The position numbers and the translations under genes were made by a program. Below, in pieces: positions 38,055 through 50,899 of a stretch of 64,000 bases of DNA. The stretch is from Octopus sinensis (taxonomy: Eukaryota): positions 173,414,001-173,478,000 of the forward strand of contig NC_042998.1 in the NCBI RefSeq assembly GCF_006345805.1. Reading direction: 5' to 3'. Below the pieces are notes generated by a model. That model was not told where the DNA came from and ran no database searches. It saw nothing but the letters and a program-made list of their open reading frames with translations. Each line of letters starts with the position of its first letter. Position 1 is the stretch's first letter.

Positions 38055-38335
38055 AAGGGAATAAATCCAAACTTACAGGGAAAAATCAGATTTAGGATTG
38101 AATCCAATTTTATAGTAAAATATTATATTATATTAAATTAGAGATAAAACCACTATTAGACAAATCATACAATGAAAAACTTAAGCCAATACATAAGATT
38201 AATTAATTTATATTATTTAAATATATATCAAAATTATTTAAAAAGATAATTAATATAACACTACGATCGTTTCATGGCTGTTCAATTCTTAAAATTTTCG
38301 AGTTACAGTCATTCTTCAGGTGGTTTAAATATTTA
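38055..38335 (-). mobile_element. Solo PLE pLTR-type unit in (TA)n
   Basis: agggaataaatccaaa...agagataaaaccactatt...cactacgatcgtttc, homologous to 14586-14970 and 26478-26685. Confidence 0.8.
38258..38323 (-). ncRNA. Type I hammerhead, CGAUCG family, intact core
   Basis: CAC CUGAAGA AUGACUGU-(23 nt)-ACAGCCAU GAAA CGAUCG UA GUG; 7 of 8 stem II pairs form. Confidence 0.78.
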
Positions 38336-38363
38336 ACTTAGCGAGGTTTAATTAATGTGTGTG

Positions 38364-38449
<86 letters not shown>

Positions 38450-38523
38450 GTATGTATATATATGTAGGTATATATATATATGTATATTTGTGTGTTGTGT
38501 GTGTGTGTGTGTGCATATATGTA

Positions 38524-38770
38524 GAAGCGCAATGGCCCAGTGGTTAGGGCAGCGGACTCGCGGTTTCGATTCCCAGACCGGGCTCTGGCAGGGGTGGTGG
38601 TGGTGGCGACCCCTGCTGTACTCTTTCGCCCCAACTTTCTCTCAATCTTTCTTCTATCGGCCTGATCCCTTACCCAGCGGGGTGGCGTCATTTGAAGGCT
38701 AAAACAATGCGAAGCGCATTGTGACCAGCGATGTGTAGCAGCATGTGATAGCCTGGTCAGTAACGGTGAT
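38524..38770 (+). mobile_element. tRNA-derived SINE family D (internally deleted)
   Basis: A box tggcccagtgg, B box gtttcgattccc, followed by RTE-like middle and tail segments. Confidence 0.85.
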
Positions 38771-38831
38771 ATATATATACATATACATCTATCTATCTAT
38801 CTATCTATATATATATATATATATATATCTA

Positions 38832-38972
<141 letters not shown>

Positions 38973-38979
38973 ATACATA

Positions 38980-39152
38980 TATAGGATAAATTTCTTAATG
39001 TAAGAGTAATATATAATTGTAAATACCTTGCAACCTTACACTGCTCGATTATTACCAACTGGCAATTTACAGTTGGTAATAATCGAGCAGTTGTAAGGTT
39101 GCAAGGTATTTACATTATATATTTACTCTTACATTAAGAAATTTATCCTATA
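38980..39152. repeat. ~82-bp-arm palindrome in (TA)n
   Basis: The arms pair around the 8-nt loop gcaattta (39062-39069). Differences are single-base indels. Confidence 0.9.
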
Positions 39153-39157
39153 TATAT

Positions 39158-39203
<46 letters not shown>

Positions 39204-39879
39204 GCATGTTTCGCCTTTGTATAACCTACCATGTTCCTTGCCATGTGCAAAATGTTCTAAATATAGTCCACAAAATGTTTTAAATAATACAGAAAGAAAA
39301 AAACAAAAAGAAAGACTTAACAAAAAGGGGATAAGAATAAAAATAATAGTTCTATACAGTTTTTTCTCAAATAAACAACAGAAGAAGAGAACGAGAGTTG
39401 AAATTACAGCAAAGAAAAAGTATTTTTCGGCCGTATGATACTCCTGGGCTTCACAGCTTTTTTTCAATCCGTGTGTAATTCCTACTGTAATTCCTTGAAA
39501 TTATTTTTCCCAAAAACTTCCACGAAGGCAAACAAACACAGTTCTCGCAAATAATTGAGAATAATTCAACTCGCAACTTAGATTAATTTGGAGGCGAAAC
39601 ACACCTCCAGACAGCAGTTCTCACAGCTAAGTGAGTAAAACACTCGTCTCTACCGCAAGCAGACCAAAAACTTAAAATCCAGTGAGGACTCCTATTTTGT
39701 ACAAAAATAAACCTTACAGACAAATAATAAACAATAAACCTTACAGATATATATAAAACTTAGATAAAACTTAGATATGTTTCGACCAGAGATTGGTCCA
39801 GGCCATGTCTAACTTAATAGCACCACATGATAGGATTATTCGAATCCTGTTTAAGTCAAGTTTTGTTCAGTAGTGAGTC

Positions 39880-40180
39880 TTTGTGTGGGTGAGTTGTATC
39901 CAGTTTTGTTCAAGTAGTGAGTTCTTGTTGGGTGAGTTGTATCCAATTATGGGTGGCTTGTCTGGTATTCTTTGAGGAATCTATCCAGACTCTGTTGAAG
40001 TTGATGGGATCCTTTTCCTCTTTGATCTCCCTCGGGACAATGTTAAATAGGGCAGGGCCTGTTGAGGAAAAAAATTATGTTGCAGTGTACATGTATGTTG
40101 TGATCTTGAATTTGGCAGGGGACGTATAGCCCGTGGTCCAAGTCTCGGATGAACCTTGAAGCTAATGTTTAGGTCGTATA
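39880..40180 (-). mobile_element. CR1/L2-like LINE 3' fragment
   Basis: Frameshifted HPRLGPRAIRP...QHNFFSSTGPALFNIVPREIKEEKDP, with a ~45-bp tandem duplication near the 3' end. Confidence 0.6.
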
Positions 40181-41152
40181 TATATATATGACGTTTATGA
40201 TTCGTTATCTTAATATAACGGATACCAAACGAGGATCGTGATATGCACATCCGTGAATAACTATATGCACATTTGTATATACCCATGCAGATACGGACAT
40301 TCATGTACTAGGACGTAACACGCTGATGCACACCAAGCATACACACATATGTACACACAAAATAAACATATACGTATAGATGAAGTTATATACTCTTGCA
40401 TTCCAGTATGCATTTTTGCGATCCAATATAAGTTTTAGTTCCATCATAGGGAAAGTTCCAGGTATGATGTTTACATAAAATATGAACAGAAATTGGTTAA
40501 ACGTTTACTACAGATGTTTCACACGCGTTTTTATTGATGAATGATTCAAATACATAATGAAAAATACCATTTGGTTCGGAGAAAATATACCAAGATGTGG
40601 AAAGTGGATTGTTCTCATTTCGGCATCAATGAAGAGAGTGATGACGTATCGGGGTTTGGCAGATTTCCATAGATCTATTGGCCATACAACAAACGCCAGA
40701 CAATGTCACATTAAATTATATCTCTTATTACATCGCCAGAGGTAAAAGATAAGAGGAAGACAGAGAGAAGGAAAGAGACGAGAGAGGGTGGGTTATCAGG
40801 TTAGTGCAGTCGAAACAAATATCCTGGAGCCGAGAGAGTAATTACCACAAACCCATAGACAAGCAAACGGGATGATTTATGATAACATACTAATATACAC
40901 TCATACTAGTCACCTTTACATTAACTTATGCGTCACTGATATATAAACTCACACATACACACACACACAAACACATATATATATATGTATATATACACAA
41001 ATACATGTATGCACGAACTTATATACACACACACCAAACGCATACACACACTCTCTCACACACTCACACTCTAACGTATATACATATGTATACACGAGCA
41101 TACACAGAAAAAATAAAGATTACAGACAGACAGACAGATAGATAGATAGATG

Positions 41153-41226
<74 letters not shown>

Positions 41227-41405
41227 ATACAAACATTCACTGTGACTCGGTCAGATATAAATATATATACGTATAAATATATGTGCGTGTATGAGCGAGA
41301 AATATGGAAAAGAGGTGTGTGTATGTGTGTGTGTGTGGGGGGATTTTTATCCACCAAAGTAGTGTTGAGCACTTATTCTTATTCTCATTGTTCGACATTT
41401 ATATA

Positions 41406-41444
<39 letters not shown>

Positions 41445-41599
41445 AAGGGTATGAGAGGTATTGGTGTCAAGAAGACCCAAAGGTATCAGGTAATGCAGAG
41501 TAAGTGCTATGGACAGACTATAGTTAAGCTTCAGGTTCGATAGTGATATGAATGAAGAGTCCAACGTAGGTCTTGTATTAGTATATATATATATTAGCA

Positions 41600-41900
41600 G
41601 AATGAGATTAAAAAATCCAAGAGGTCTTACAGCTGTTTCCGGGAATGGTGTATATATAAGTTTTCTGTACCTTGTGTGTGAGTTCCAAAACTTATATATA
41701 CACAATTCTGCTTAAATAATGGAACTGCAGATAAGATACCCTTACGTATCTCATGTCTGTTTTCATTCCTCCACATCACTCTGTATTTTATATCTTCTCT
41801 ATAACTGTTACTTAAACATTTTCACGCACTGTCTCTGATGAAGAGATATATAAAATATCCTGGAAACATCTGTAACACCTCATTATAGATGTTCTGAAAA
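41600..41900. mobile_element. Two divergent PLE pLTR-type hammerhead units (CAGCUG stem III)
   Basis: The minus-strand half GAAACAGCUGUAAGAC lies at about 41623-41639 behind a long hairpin (41641-41708). The plus-strand full motif is at 41831. Confidence 0.6.
41831..41878 (+). ncRNA. Type I hammerhead motif, partly decayed
   Basis: GUCU CUGAUGA AGA GAUAU-AUAAA-AUAUC CUG GAAA CAUCUG UA ACAC. The core is intact; stems I and III each have one mismatch relative to the 41623 copy (CAGCUG UA AGAC). Confidence 0.62.
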
Positions 41901-41950
41901 CTATTCGCAGCCTTAAATTTTTTATCTCACTCTGTTTAATTTATACACAA

Positions 41951-41994
<44 letters not shown>

Positions 41995-41997
41995 TAT

Positions 41998-42073
<76 letters not shown>

Positions 42074-43714
42074 TGCAATTATACTGCTAAGAGAGTGAAT
42101 GAGGGACAAGAGAAAGGGTGTATGAATATGTGTAACATTTTAAAGATTACAATAGGTTTTCGGTACCTAATTATTTTTGCTTCATTTATTTACCATTTAG
42201 AATGACTGACAGCGCCCTTGGGATTTGTAATCTTCTCCTCGACTACTGTGATCGATGCTGTTTGTGTCAATCTGTATCTATGAAACCACTGTTGTTCCTT
42301 GGTAATGGTGAAAGTTTCAATATGGCGGAGATTTGAAATGTTGCTAAGTGAGCAAGAAAGGTAATTGCTCCTCTATATACATTCCAGTTTACACACATCT
42401 ATAAATGGACGGATGGATGGATGATAGATACATCTGCTGAGAAAGAGTCTGTGAGATAAGCAGTCAGGGAAATAAAGACAAGGAATGAGACAGACAGACA
42501 GCGGGGCACTCGGGTAGACAGATAGGTAAACATTCGAACAGACAATCAGACAGATAAATAGAAAAACAATTTTGTGAAGAAAAGATAGATCCGTATATTT
42601 TCAAATTTCTGTCTAGTTTCAAATATACCTCAGTCTTCTTCAACTGATTTTAGCAACAGACACAGAATTTATACTAATTTATAGAACGCTATAGTATTAC
42701 TACTGATACGAGTAAGGAATGAGTCACCAAATTTGACTGTTTATAAAACAGTATTAGTGTACTCCGGCTCGAATACGGGGAAAAGAGTGAGCGAATTAGA
42801 TTTAAAATCTGGTTACAGAGCTCGATATATCGTTGTGCATTAGGGACAAATAATCACTTTTCTTTTAACGTGATATGGTGTCATGTACATAAGTTGTGTC
42901 GAACTAGTTTGTAGCTGTGCAGAAACCTACAGGGAATGTTAAATTGTGTGTATGTGTGTATGTGTGTGTATGTGTGTGTGTGTGTGTGTATAACGTCTTT
43001 TTATATTAAAGATATCAAAGCAATATAGCAATATAGCTGTTCCTCTTTGTCATGCTACAGTGCTTTACCTGTTGCATGTGTGGCTGGAACTAATACCCAG
43101 CAACTTTTAAAGTACCTGAGTTTTCCTTCTTATTTTTTTGTACATTTTCATTGAATGTATACAGAGACGTTTTTTTTTTGTTCCGGATGAAGTATTTGAT
43201 ATGGAAACGATAATTGTAACATATTGTATTTCATGAGAAAAACTTTGGAAAATAGCCTCTGATGTTCTAGATTAAAGTATTTCCTCTGTCTCTGCAGTAA
43301 TTCCTGTAATTGCTTGCCGTGTATTCTTTAAACGTTTATGCTGAAGTATACAGGCTAATTCCTCCTCAACTGTTAAATGGACTCAAATGTGGAAACTGTT
43401 ATATCGATATTACGCAAGAATATTTTCCATGTCACTTGGAATTTAGAAATATGTACAATCAGTTTTATCTATATTGTCGAACCACTCAGCATAAGATTTC
43501 TCAAGTGGTTATTTCAACATTATTCGTCTGCATGATATAGAATGGATTTAACTCACGTACCCAACTAAATATTCTGCTCAGAACTGCCACTAGATTTGAA
43601 AATGTTTTATGATTGGGAATATATATTGGAATTAGTTTCAATGAAAATGGATTTTATGCTGTAGTTGTTTCTAGTAATATAAGAATTGCTACAAGACACG
43701 GTTTCAGTTTATCA

Positions 43715-44175
43715 ATATTGGTTTCAAATTTTGGTAAAAAAAATTCCAACAATTTCGGGCGAGTGGGGAAAGTTGATTACATCGACAACAGGGCTCAACT
43801 GGTACTTATTTTATCGACTCCGAAAGAATGAAAGGCAAAGTCGACCTTGGCGGAATTTGAACTCAGAATGTGAAAATGGGCGAAATACCGCCATGCAATT
43901 TACCCCGTGTGTTAAAGATTATGCCATCTAGAAGGATATTAATATCGTAGACACATTTAAGGCAGCTAGTTGGCAGAGTCGTTAGCACACCGGGTAAATT
44001 GCAAAGCGGCATTTTGTCCGTCTTCATGTTTTGAGTCCTAATTCCACTGAGGTCGACTGTGGTTATCATTCCTTCGGGTTCAATAAAATGAGTACCAGTT
44101 GAGTACTGGAGTCAATGTAATCAATTATACCCTCCCCTGAAGTTTCTGGCCTTGAGCAAACATTTGGAACCATTA
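43715..44175. mobile_element. Two SINE family B copies head-to-head
   Basis: The minus copy is about 43715-43930 and the plus copy about 43960-44175, with a spacer of about 30 bp. Confidence 0.8.
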
Positions 44176-45369
44176 TAAATATGTCATATTTTGCAAGCCT
44201 TATTAAAATATGAAAATAGCTACCCATGGTACTGTGGCTTTTTTCTTTATATGATGAATGGGATATTTAAATGTTATTATTCAAATATTTGTCAGCGGAA
44301 TACATTTTACAATTAATTAGTGTTTATTCATTCTATTTACGTGTATTAAATGTATTACACACAGCTTAAAAAGAAGTTTTGAAGCATGTGTTATAATAGT
44401 GGATTGAAAAAGATAGAGAGGGATAGAGAGAGGAAAGAGAGAAGGAGAGATGGAGAACAAATAATCACTGTTGCATGGACAGAGAAAGGAAATTGATCAC
44501 TACCATTGGTGTTTTGCCTTCAGCACATCAAAATGTCTCAAAGCATAACTTGTGCACTAATAGAAGCCAACGAAAAAACAATACCAGACAAAAATAGAAT
44601 TAAAAAAGCTTCCTGAAAAGCAATATCAGGCCCAGAGAATTCAAGCAACGGCAGTATTCATGAACGCATGAGGCAACACATATTTTAATATTATAATTCG
44701 CAAGATAGAACATTGAGATTTAAGGATGATGAAAACATTGTGTTATGATACTCATATATTTGTGAAAGTTATATCAGTGACACTGTGAATTTGTTATAGA
44801 CAGAATCTAAGCGCTAGCCTTGACTCGATGAATTCAGTTTAAACTTCACATTTATAAGAGAATGGTACATTCTACGTTCAAAACAGAATTTGAATTTAGG
44901 AATTAAACGATTAGCAGGATAGCTGAGGACGTTGATGACAAGAATTAATTATAGCATATATTGGATTCTGCATCTTCTATAACACCTGTAGCAATTTTTA
45001 ATAAATGTGAAGACATTATGACTATGTGTCAAATGTTTCATTTAGATAATCGTGAACGAAATGGCATACGCACGAATCGAAACATCATCGTAAACTCGGC
45101 TTTCCAGGAGCACACAAACAACTACATTGAATTTAAACACAAAGAATTTAAGTATCTATGGATAGACCAATAGTGCCTCTGTGTACAGTTAATGATGGTT
45201 TCATTAAAAGAGTTTTGATTTAAATTTGTACATAAATTGTCTATATAAGTATAAAGATGTAAAAATAGAGGAACAAACGGATCTTTTCCTTTAGATAGAC
45301 AGAATTCAACCCGATTTCTAGTTAACTAAACTATTTGAAACTTCGTATACTGGTAGAATGTGTCAAAAG

Positions 45370-45529
45370 AAAACATTATTTTCACTTGGATCTTTTGATA
45401 AATTTGTAATTTGTAAGTTTAACGTAGTTTAATTCTTCGAATTTTAACCAATGAATCGCCAGTATTTGAGCTCAAATCATTTGCTGCGTCTAAAAACTCA
45501 GACAACATCCTGTACTGTTAACGTAAACA

Positions 45530-45578
<49 letters not shown>

Positions 45579-45895
45579 GATACACACACACACACACACA
45601 CGTGTTATTCATCCTTCTCTCTTCTGTAATGTTTGTTTTCGTTTTTCGTCACATTCGTTCCCTTCTCTCACTCAATCCGTCTCTCTATTATCTCTCTCTC
45701 TCCCTCTCCCTGTATGTCTTTCTTATTCCATCTCTCTATTGTTTTTACTAAATGTTTTCCTCTCTTTCTCTTGCTCATACACTTGTCATCACTCACTTTC
45801 TCTCTCTTTCTTTCTTACTTTCTCGCTCTTTCTCTCTCTCTTTATCACTTTGCTTAATGCTTGTATATCTATTTCTCTGTAACTCTGAGTCTCAG

Positions 45896-45981
<86 letters not shown>

Positions 45982-46232
45982 GTCTGTCTTTCTCTCTATC
46001 CATCCATCCTCTTCGGAGTGTTTCACCATGCACACACACATCACGTATATATAATCGCTTTCCAAGGCAACAGCGAAAGCAAACAGTAACAGGATGTTGT
46101 CTGAGTTTTTAGACGCAGCAAATGATTTGAGCTCAAATACTGGTGATTCATTGGTTAAAATTCGAAGAATTAAACTACGTTAAACTTACAAATTACAAAT
46201 TTATCAAAAAATCCAAGTGAAAATAATGTTTT
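45370..46232. repeat. 150-bp inverted repeats around a microsatellite-rich core
   Basis: 45370-45519 pairs almost perfectly with 46082-46232. The core contains (CA)n, CT-rich sequence and (TCTA)n. Confidence 0.9.
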
Positions 46233-46856
46233 AAATAACATTTTTCGACTGCTCTAGGGACCAATTTTGTAGGTTTTTGCTCCACTCTAAACGCTTTGCA
46301 ACGTTCGTTTTTGAAAGTAGTGGTTTTCTGATTGCAACCCTCCCGTGAAATCCCGTTTTGTGCAACTCCCGGTGAACAGTTTTTGTGGAAACTGGGGTGT
46401 TCTCGAGGTGGTCATTAAGCTCTGGAGTAATTTTGGGAGCTGTGCTTTTGTGATCCTTTCTAACAATTTGCGTAACAGTCCGACAGTCCTTGTCTGAAAG
46501 TTTTGGTTTTCTTCCGGAGTTTTGTTTCGACGAGGCGGCTTTCCCCTCTTTCCTAAAGACTGTCATTACTTTCGAGATAGTACTTCTTGATACACCAAAT
46601 ATTTCGGCTGTATTCTTTATGCTAGCACATGTCATACGAACACCAACAATTTGGCCTCTTTGAAAGTCCGATAAATCTGTCATTTTAATGAATATTAATT
46701 ACCTTTTTTCTGGTGATGTCTGACAAGAAACAGCAAGTTTAGCAAAACATAAAGAAACACTAACAATAAATCAAAAAACAAAAATAAACAAGCATTTGAC
46801 GGTTTTATAGATATTTCAAAATTTTGATGCTATGATTATTTTGTCCATCCCCTGTA
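46233..46856 (-). mobile_element. Tc1 transposon, 5' half
   Basis: The TIR TAcaggggatggacaaaataat is at 46856. ORF 46683-46231 reads MTDLSDFQRGQIVG...SGRKPKL...RKPLLS...RLEW..KNVI and is truncated just before the first catalytic D. Confidence 0.92.
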
Positions 46857-47730
46857 CATAAGTTTGGGTTACTAAAACAAAATGGCTTATATTCTTTAAA
46901 AAAAACCAAATTGTTTGGGATCAAGCGGTTCAGTCTTCATTCGCAAGTCATATTTCTCCATAATTTTCTTAGCCTCAAGGTTGGCTTTCTTGATAGCACT
47001 TTTTCTTAGCCTCAAGAATGGCTTTCCTGATAGAATTTTTACCAGTAATCCTATAATTCTTTTGTATTTCTTTCCTAAGCAGTTCTAAGTAGTAATCCTT
47101 AATAAGTCTGTATAAGTTTCCCGTTTTATCAGATTGAGCCAGTATCCTCTCAATGTTGTGAATTTCCTTGGTGATATTGTGAAGATATCTCAGATGTTTA
47201 TTCCTTAAGGGTGAACGATGGAATTTAAAATTCCTCACGTTAGACCAGAGATCCTCTTCAAAATGCTTCAATCTTGGGTTAGGTGAAGCAATGTTTATAG
47301 ATTTAAACAATTTGCTGAATTCAGAAGTTAGATCGTTAGAAGTTTGATTAATATCTTTATTGTCGAAGAAGAAAGCAAGCAATCTAATACTGTTAATAAA
47401 GGAGTTTGTCTTACTAATGAGTTGTTTATAGAAAACCTTTCTTGGGGGAATGGGTATATCCTTAAGAGATGCGTTTATATCAAATAACTCTATATGTGGA
47501 AACTATTTTATTTGCAGGTTATATGAAAACCTGGTTGAAGAAGTATATATGAATGTATGTGTATTTTTTCAATGTGTACAAATAACACGGAAAAAATTTA
47601 CCAGGGTAGCAAAAAGTCACATAACTATGGAATTTCAACCTTTATAAGTAGGATGTAATATCCTTGGCACTTATGTGAATTTTTGCTACCTTGTAAATGT
47701 TAATTTATTTTTCTTTGTTATTTGTACACC
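46857..47730 (-). mobile_element. Penelope-like element, 5' part
   Basis: QSDKTGNLY...KEIQKNYR, then LKEYKPFCFSNPNL up to the Tc1 TA. A hairpin pLTR-type end lies at 47574-47729. Confidence 0.82.
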
Positions 47731-47780
47731 TAGAAACATATACACACACATTCGTATGCATATATATATATATATATATA

Positions 47781-47830
<50 letters not shown>

Positions 47831-47832
47831 AT

Positions 47833-47869
<37 letters not shown>

Positions 47870-47919
47870 CGTATGTATGTATGCATATATATATATATAT
47901 ATACATATATATATAAGCA

Positions 47920-48430
47920 ATATGGACATCGTTCATGATGTGAAAGTAACGCCGACATTAGTCTCGGATCACAACATAATAGAGCTGTCTATGTATGGGC
48001 CAAAAGTATCCAGAGACATACAGACTAAATGAAGCACCCGAAATCTCTCCAATCTGAACTTCCAGAGATCTTCAGACAGGACTGGCCGAAATGTCACACC
48101 ACATCAGACATTGGCATGAAACCAGAATATTTCACGTCTGTTATGCAAACCATATAACAGAAATATGTCGCAGAGCCAACACAAAAATAGGAACAAGATT
48201 CCAAAGGAGAGGCAGATCCTCATGAGACGACGGACGAAGGTTGCAAATCGCCTCAACCAACATTCCAAAGGTAGTGAAAGATTCCGCCTAAAATCAACAC
48301 TGATGAAGATTGAATATAGCCTGCAAAATTCCTATGTGAGGGAGAGAGCAAGCAAAGAAGCCTGGACAATAAAAAAACATCAAGTCAAACCCAAAGGCCT
48401 TCTTTCAATATGCGAAAGCAACAGCCTCAG
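47920..48430 (+). mobile_element. APE-type LINE ORF2 fragment (endonuclease end and linker)
   Basis: VTPTLVSDHNIIEL (SDH motif), then KIPKERQILMRRRTK and a frameshifted IKxNPKAFFQYAK-like segment. Confidence 0.7.
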
Positions 48431-48724
48431 TACGCATCCTATCTGGCCACCACAGTCCCCATATCTCAATGTTATTGAACATTTATGGTGAATTTTAGAA
48501 AAACAAGTAAGGAATCGATAACTTCTGCCATCATCACTACAAGAACTGGAGACAGTTTTAGCTGAAGAATGGACAAACATTCCTTTGAAGCAATTCAAAC
48601 TTTGTACGAGTCCATACCTCGAAGAATTCAAGCTGTAATTACTGCCAAAGGCAGTCCTATCCCATATTAAGATAAATTTATTTGAAATTATAAGGTGTTT
48701 CCATTATTTTATACAAACCCTGTA
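48431..48724 (+). mobile_element. Tc1 transposon, 3' half
   Basis: WPPQSPYLNVIEHLW...SSLQELETVLAEEWTNIP, followed by the TIR ggtgtttccattatttt..aaaccctgTA. Confidence 0.9.
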
Positions 48725-50770
48725 TTTCTCCTTCTAGCCCTGATATCGGTGTACTCAGTAGAAATATTCTAGACAAATATATTCCTTTTTTAGTTAAAAA
48801 AAAAATGAAAGCTTAATTTATGGTCTAATTCATTCCAAGTGCTCGACTGGTTTAATTCTATTATTTACAAGAAGTGCATTAAGTTTATCCAGTTCAACAT
48901 ATCTAGGTACTATTCCTCTATTAACCAAATTGTACTCAACAAAGCACTCTGGTTTGCACACAGCAAAGCAGATCTCATCCGGGATGGAATTAATATGGTG
49001 TTACCTGCCAGAAAGTCAATCATTAGATTTGAAAATAAGCTATGGGTCCGTAAAGATACACCTGACAGTTTTGATGTCACGATAGGAAGTTCTGACTCAA
49101 CACCATGATGTGTTCAGTTTATATATTCTTTATGAGATGGCTGACCAATTCAATGGATGTTAATATTGTAATGATTGTCTACTCTATCTTCAAAATGTTT
49201 CTAACCCAAAATTACAAATCCTTAAATATAGCTTGGTTAATTTTTTCCGAAACATGGGCTTAAACAATATTTTCGATGATGATATGTCTGAAGCTAACTT
49301 CTTGGATATTAGCCCTAACTTATATAATGATTCATATTTCCCATACTATAAACACTCATCTAATGTAAAATATATTAGCTCTTCCAGTAAAAATTCAAAG
49401 GCTAAGGGATTTAGTTAGAATTATTTCATTTAGACTTTCTAGATTATCTGCTAATGTTGATATCTTCAATGATAAAGCTGAATATTATAATTCTGCCTTA
49501 CTTAAAGCAGGCTATAAAGGAAAAATTACCTGTATTAACCCTACTGACATTAATTCTGCCTCTATTAATCAGGACATGAAATTATGTCATAATTGTAATG
49601 AAAATATACATTTGAGTTCGAATAACAACACTAAATCGAAAAATGTAATTTTGCAGCATAAGGGAGATGACTGTTCATTATATCCCTTTATATGTAATAA
49701 AAATAAGTCTAGGACATTTAAAGATAATTACTCTAATAACAAGCTGGGTCCCAGTAAAACTGTTTGGTTGATCATTCCATACGGTAAAAAGATCAAATCC
49801 AACTTCTCTTACCAGTGTCGTGAAGCTATAGATAAGAATTTACCCTAGGATTCAAGATACCATTCCATTATCAATTCACACCGAATTAGGATAGAGTTTT
49901 CAAACGCCAAAAATCTCTCACAAATCATCTCTTCGTATAAATACAAATCAACTTAATGAAAATAATAACATTGATATTATTAACGCTAACCATTCTTGAA
50001 AAACAATAACAAGAGTGTTAATATTCCTGATATAAATTCAAATCGTATTCGTTTCCTTAGCAGTAATTCTAAGACTTGAAGCTCTCTTTATCAATTTAAA
50101 ATTACTTCTGGTTCTGATGTCTTCTTTTACATAGGTAGTTCTTCGTCTCAGTTCTCGAAAAGAATATCTAACCTTTACTCTACCATAGACATATGTCTAA
50201 CAATAGACATATCAATAAATGTAACAATACTGGGCTTAGTAAATCAATTTGGTCTCTAAAGGAACATAATAAACATTCGATTGGGATGGAATATTCTCTC
50301 TAGATCAATCCCGTATGAGAAACGTAAATCTTTTTGTCCGCTCTGTAACGAAGAACATTTCTCATCCCTTTTCCCGGAGAATACTCTTGTAAGCACTTTT
50401 AAAGAATGCGTTTATCGTTGTAAACATTGGCAAAAACATACCTTTAACTGTCTTCTTACGTTACATTTCCTCTATATATATCTATTTCTATGCTTTTAAG
50501 TTCTATTCCCATTCATCTATCGCACTATATTTCTGCACTCTTAATTTTCTGTTAATTTCTTTCTTTCTCCTCCGCATTCTCTAAATTATCTTTGACGTTA
50601 AATCTATTGACGGTTTAACATAACTTGCTAGCCTTCTTCTCCATCATATACGCGGTAATCATATTCGGTTCAATTGTGTTTAATAATATCAATGCTTACT
50701 TTGAAACATGTTGGAAGTGTAAGGATTTGAATAACACCTGCGTTTTAACTCCATTTCTTAATTTATGTAT
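48725..50770 (+). mobile_element. Penelope-like element, 3' part (RT and GIY-YIG, decayed)
   Basis: ISPSSPDIG, WFNS, LWVRK..FDVTIGSSDS (RT), then YIGSSSS.F..R..N...GLSKSIW.LK...W.IL....Y......CPLCNEE (GIY-YIG). There are many stops and frameshifts. Confidence 0.85.
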
Positions 50771-50899
50771 ATATATATGCGTTTGTGTGTGTATGTGTTT
50801 GTGTATGTGTGTGTGTGTGCGTGCTTGTTATTATTCAGTGCATTTCAAGAATTCTTGCCAATAAAGAACCGGTTTCTAACCTAGATCCAAGGCTCCTTC

